This document shows positions 61,446 through 64,000 of a stretch of 64,000 nt of DNA, one piece after another. Source of the stretch: an uncultured delta proteobacterium (GTDB lineage: Bacteria > Myxococcota_A > Polyangia > Polyangiales > B10-G4); contig CAVSGI010000012.1 in NCBI GenBank assembly GCA_963727445.1, positions 160,001-224,000 on the forward strand. The letters run 5' to 3'. The position numbers and the translations under genes were made by a program. The notes beneath the pieces were generated by a model that worked only from the letters and a program-made list of their open reading frames with translations, had not been told where the DNA came from and did no database searches. Numbering within the stretch: the stretch's first letter is position 1; every line of letters begins with the position of its first letter.

Positions 61446-61816
61446 GCCTCGGCGTTGGCGCTCAACGCGGTCGCAGAGCGGTAGCGGCGACCGGCTCGCT
61501 GAGCTGCTTTGGCTGCTTGGGGAAGGGGGATTGCGTTCGGTCGCGGAGGACGGCGCGGCGGGCGGGCGGCGCCAAGGGGGGCGTGGGACGGGGCGGCGTG
61601 GTCGGAGGGGTGAAGGGCGGCGGGAGCCGTTGGATGCGTCTCGGTGCGTGAGCACGTCTCGGGCCGCGGCGCCTGCGGCGCCTCTGTGGGCTGCGCCCAC
61701 GCGTGATTGGGTGAGCCAAGAGATGCGCTCGGTGGAGGCGCGGAGGGTGCGGCGCCGATCGCAGGCAGATCTCACAGATCGCGCGGTCGGCGACCTGTGG
61801 CTCGCCCCAATGCGTG

Positions 61817-62121
61817 GGCGAACCGCTCTCGAGGTCATCGCGCGATGGGTCGGACTTCGGTCCCCGGCGGCGAACCGCTCTCGAGGTCATCGCGCGATGG
61901 GTCGGACTTCGGTGCCCGGCGGCGAACCGCTCTCGAGGTCATCGCGCGATGGGTCGGACTTCGGTGCCCGGCGGCGAACCGCTCTCGAGGTCATCGCGCG
62001 ATGGGTCGGACTTCGGTCCCCGGCGGCGAACCGCTCTCGAGGTAATCGCGCGATGGGTCGGACTTCGGTGCCCGGAGGCGAACCGCACTCGAGGTCATCG
62101 CGCGATGGGTCGGACTTCGGT
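61817..62121. repeat. Tandem array of six 52-bp units with a CATCGCGCGATG palindrome and GGAC-TTCG-GT(C/G)C hairpin
   Basis: AACCGC at 61821, 61873, 61925, 61977, 62029 and 62081. Confidence 0.97.
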
Positions 62122-62138
62122 TTGCCACCGCCCCAAGT

Positions 62139-62229
62139 CGGACGGACGGGACACGCGAGGCGAGCCGTCGCCCAGCCGATTCGGTCCGCCCGGACGGACG
62201 GGACACGCAAAGCGAGCGGTCGCCCGGCC
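62139..62229. repeat. Two diverged repeats with a 52-bp period
   Basis: CGGACGGACGGGACACGC at 62139 and 62191. Confidence 0.85.
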
Positions 62230-62509
62230 AACCCACGCGGCCCCGCAAACCCTCCGTCACCAAACGGCCCCAGCCACCCGCACGCCTCCAACCCACACCA
62301 CCCCGTCCCACGCCCCCGCGCACCACGCCGCTCGCGACTTCATCCTCCGTCGCCACATCGGCCACCCCCGCTCCCATCAGCCAAAAGTCGCCACCGCCGA
62401 GGCAACCCATCACCTCGTGCGCTCGCGCCGGCGCGCGACACCCGAAGCCCCACACCCGCGACGCGGCGAGCGGCCAGCCATCGACTGCGCCAGCTTCCCC
62501 ACCCAGAAC

Positions 62510-62540
62510 AAAAAGGGCCGACTCCCTCAGGAGCCGGCCC
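62510..62540 (-). terminator. Rho-independent terminator of the sigma factor gene
   Basis: Minus strand GGGCCGGCTCC-TGAG-GGAGTCGGCCC-TTTTT, about 35 nt after the stop codon. Confidence 0.85.
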
Positions 62541-62575
62541 ATGACCGATGACGATGAGTTCGAAGTGAAAGCGAA

Positions 62576-63202
62576 TCAGGCGGCGGCGGCGACCTCGGCG
62601 GGGCCGAGGGCCTGCTCGAGGCGGCAGCGGATCTTGTGCTTCTTGGAGTAGACGGTCTTGACCGAGATTGCCATCTCCTCGGCGACCTCTTCCGGGGTCA
62701 TGCCGTCGACGTAGTAGAGCTTCACGAAGTGGCGGTCCTTGCTGGAGAACTGCTCGAGGGTCTCGTTGACGAGGGCCCAGCGCTCCTTCTTCAGGACCAT
62801 GTCGCAGGGGTCGACCATCGAGGCGCGCATGTCCTCGGCCTCGGTGAGCTCGGTGGTCTGCGGCTGCCGCGCGACGCTGCGAAGGTAATCCCACGCGGTG
62901 TTGGTGGCGAGCAGGCCGATCCAGCTGGAGAGCTTGTTGCCGCGCTCGGGCTGGTAGCAGCGGAGCTTGTGCATGTCACGAGCGGTGATGTTCATGAGGA
63001 ACTGAGCGTAGATCTCGCGCACGTCCTCGCTCGACACGACACTGCTGAAGCGGCCGGTGACCTTGTGGATGCAGCGGTACACCAGGCGGTCGAAGCGGCG
63101 GTGGAACTCGCGCCATGCGGCGGGCTGCTTCATGAGCATCGAGGCGAGAAGCTCTTCGTCGGTCCAGTCAGCGGTCGGGGTCTTGGTCAGCAGGGTGTTC
63201 AT
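62576..63202 (-). CDS. ECF-type sigma-70 factor
   Basis: AWREFHRRFDRLVY, SWIGLLATNTAWDYLR region 2; LYYVDGMTPEEVAEEMAISVKTVYSKKHK region 4; GGAGG RBS. Confidence 0.92.
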   Translation of the reverse strand: MNTLLTKTPTADWTDEELLASMLMKQPAAWREFHRRFDRLVYRCIHKVTGRFSSVVSSEDVREIYAQFLMNITARDMHKLRCYQPERGNKLSSWIGLLATNTAWDYLRSVARQPQTTELTEAEDMRASMVDPCDMVLKKERWALVNETLEQFSSKDRHFVKLYYVDGMTPEEVAEEMAISVKTVYSKKHKIRCRLEQALGPAEVAAAA

Positions 63203-63342
63203 CGTGTCCTCCGTCATCGGTCGACAGGGGACTCTGCAGCGGGTGTGCCAAGCACCTACCCGCCCCTTCATTATCGAAATCGCAAAGAAAAAAGGCCTGC
63301 GCCCGGTGAAGAATGCCCTGGCGAGGCCTCGCAGCGATGCAC

Positions 63343-63419
63343 TGTTACGCGTGACGGCGTAACACCTACTGTTACGGTGTTGCGGATCCCGTAACCGTCG
63401 TCACCTCTTGTTACGTCAC
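63343..63419. promoter_or_regulatory. Cluster of GTNAC motifs and inverted repeats in a divergent promoter region
   Basis: TGTTACGC-N6-GCGTAACA (63343-64), GTAACA-N5-TGTTAC (63359-75); eight GTNAC within 77 bp. Confidence 0.5.
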
Positions 63420-63486
63420 GGGCGATCCGCCCTTCCCAAAAAAAATTCTCGAGAACACAGACGCCTCGGGATTGTCTCGATCGTTG

Positions 63487-64000
63487 ATGGCCACACGGTT
63501 CGCGCTCGCCCCCTTCGCTCTCTCCCTGGTCACCCTCGCTGCGTGCGGTGGTTCGACCCCCACCCCCCAAACCGCCGCCGATGCCGACCGCGAGGTGGTG
63601 GAGATGGACGAGCTCAGGATCACCGCCCGTCAGACCGACGAGGGCCTCGAGTTCGACAGCTACGATGCGGAGACGCTCTTCTATCGCGCGACCGAGCTCC
63701 TCAACAGCCGGCGCTGCCCCGACGCGGTCACCCTCTACGACCGCCTCGCCGACGAGTTCCCCGGCAGTCGCTACCGCTCCCCGGCCCTCTACAACGCCGG
63801 CCTCTGTCTCGCCGACACCGACGACCTCGAGGGTAGCGTCGCCCGCTTCGAGCGCTTGATCGAGGAGGAGCCCCAGAGCCCCGACGTCAAGCACGCGACC
63901 TTCAACCTCGCCAAGCTCCTCATCGACCTCGAGCACTACGACCGCGCCCTCGAGACCGCCGACCGTCTCCTGCGCCGCACCGACCTCAGCAGTGACGAGC
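63487..64000 (+). CDS. TPR lipoprotein (BamD/CpoB-like repeats; runs off the window)
   Basis: MATRFALAPFALSLVTLAAC lipobox; LYDRLADEFPGSRY..ALYNAGLC TPR motifs. Confidence 0.82.
   Translation, partial: MATRFALAPFALSLVTLAACGGSTPTPQTAADADREVVEMDELRITARQTDEGLEFDSYDAETLFYRATELLNSRRCPDAVTLYDRLADEFPGSRYRSPALYNAGLCLADTDDLEGSVARFERLIEEEPQSPDVKHATFNLAKLLIDLEHYDRALETADRLLRRTDLSSDE

Larger units (their letters stand above)
61508..62386. mobile_element. Second putative composite repeat element: imperfect inverted arms (~61508-61670 / ~62236-62386) around 52-bp arrays
   Basis: TTTGGCTG...GGGGGCGTGGGACGGGG on the left versus CCCCGTCCCACGCCCCC...CAGCCAAA on the right; arms resemble those at 18-19.5 kb. 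Confidence 0.55.

Noticed and set aside
61817..62121. CRISPR array
   Set aside because: Whole 52-bp units repeat with only single substitutions; no spacers.
60767..62551. ORFs across the second repeat region (AFAF, RTRT, NANA translations)
   Set aside because: Translations of microsatellite and tandem repeats, with no coding hallmarks.

Overview
GC-rich bacterial chromosomal window. Gene content points to a myxobacterium (Myxococcota, probably Polyangiales/Sandaracinaceae-like; this is inference): eukaryote-like Ser/Thr kinases, PEGA/TPR, zinc-ribbon+GYF gliding-type and Cys-rich lipoproteins. It holds about 57 protein genes, mostly housekeeping or envelope (era, der, lgt, lnt, murA, hisG, pepA, etfAB, plsY, transaldolase, NAD kinase, comEA, an ECF sigma factor, a two-component pair). 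I found no rRNA, tRNA, transposase, integrase, reverse transcriptase or cas gene. Several conserved genes carry single-base indels that look like long-read assembly errors. Three signals stand out. (1) Two homologous intergenic elements (~17.7-19.6 kb and ~61.5-62.4 kb) each sit between convergent genes and consist of long imperfect inverted arms enclosing arrays of 51-53-bp hairpin-bearing units. (2) A nested perfect-stem structure with two UNCG tetraloops lies upstream of a small putative ssDNA-binding gene plus comEA. (3) A membrane-anchored glutaminyl cyclase co-occurs with six secreted proteins whose predicted mature N-terminus is Gln, resembling the Bacteroidetes Q-rule. All family assignments come from motif recognition by eye, not database searches.
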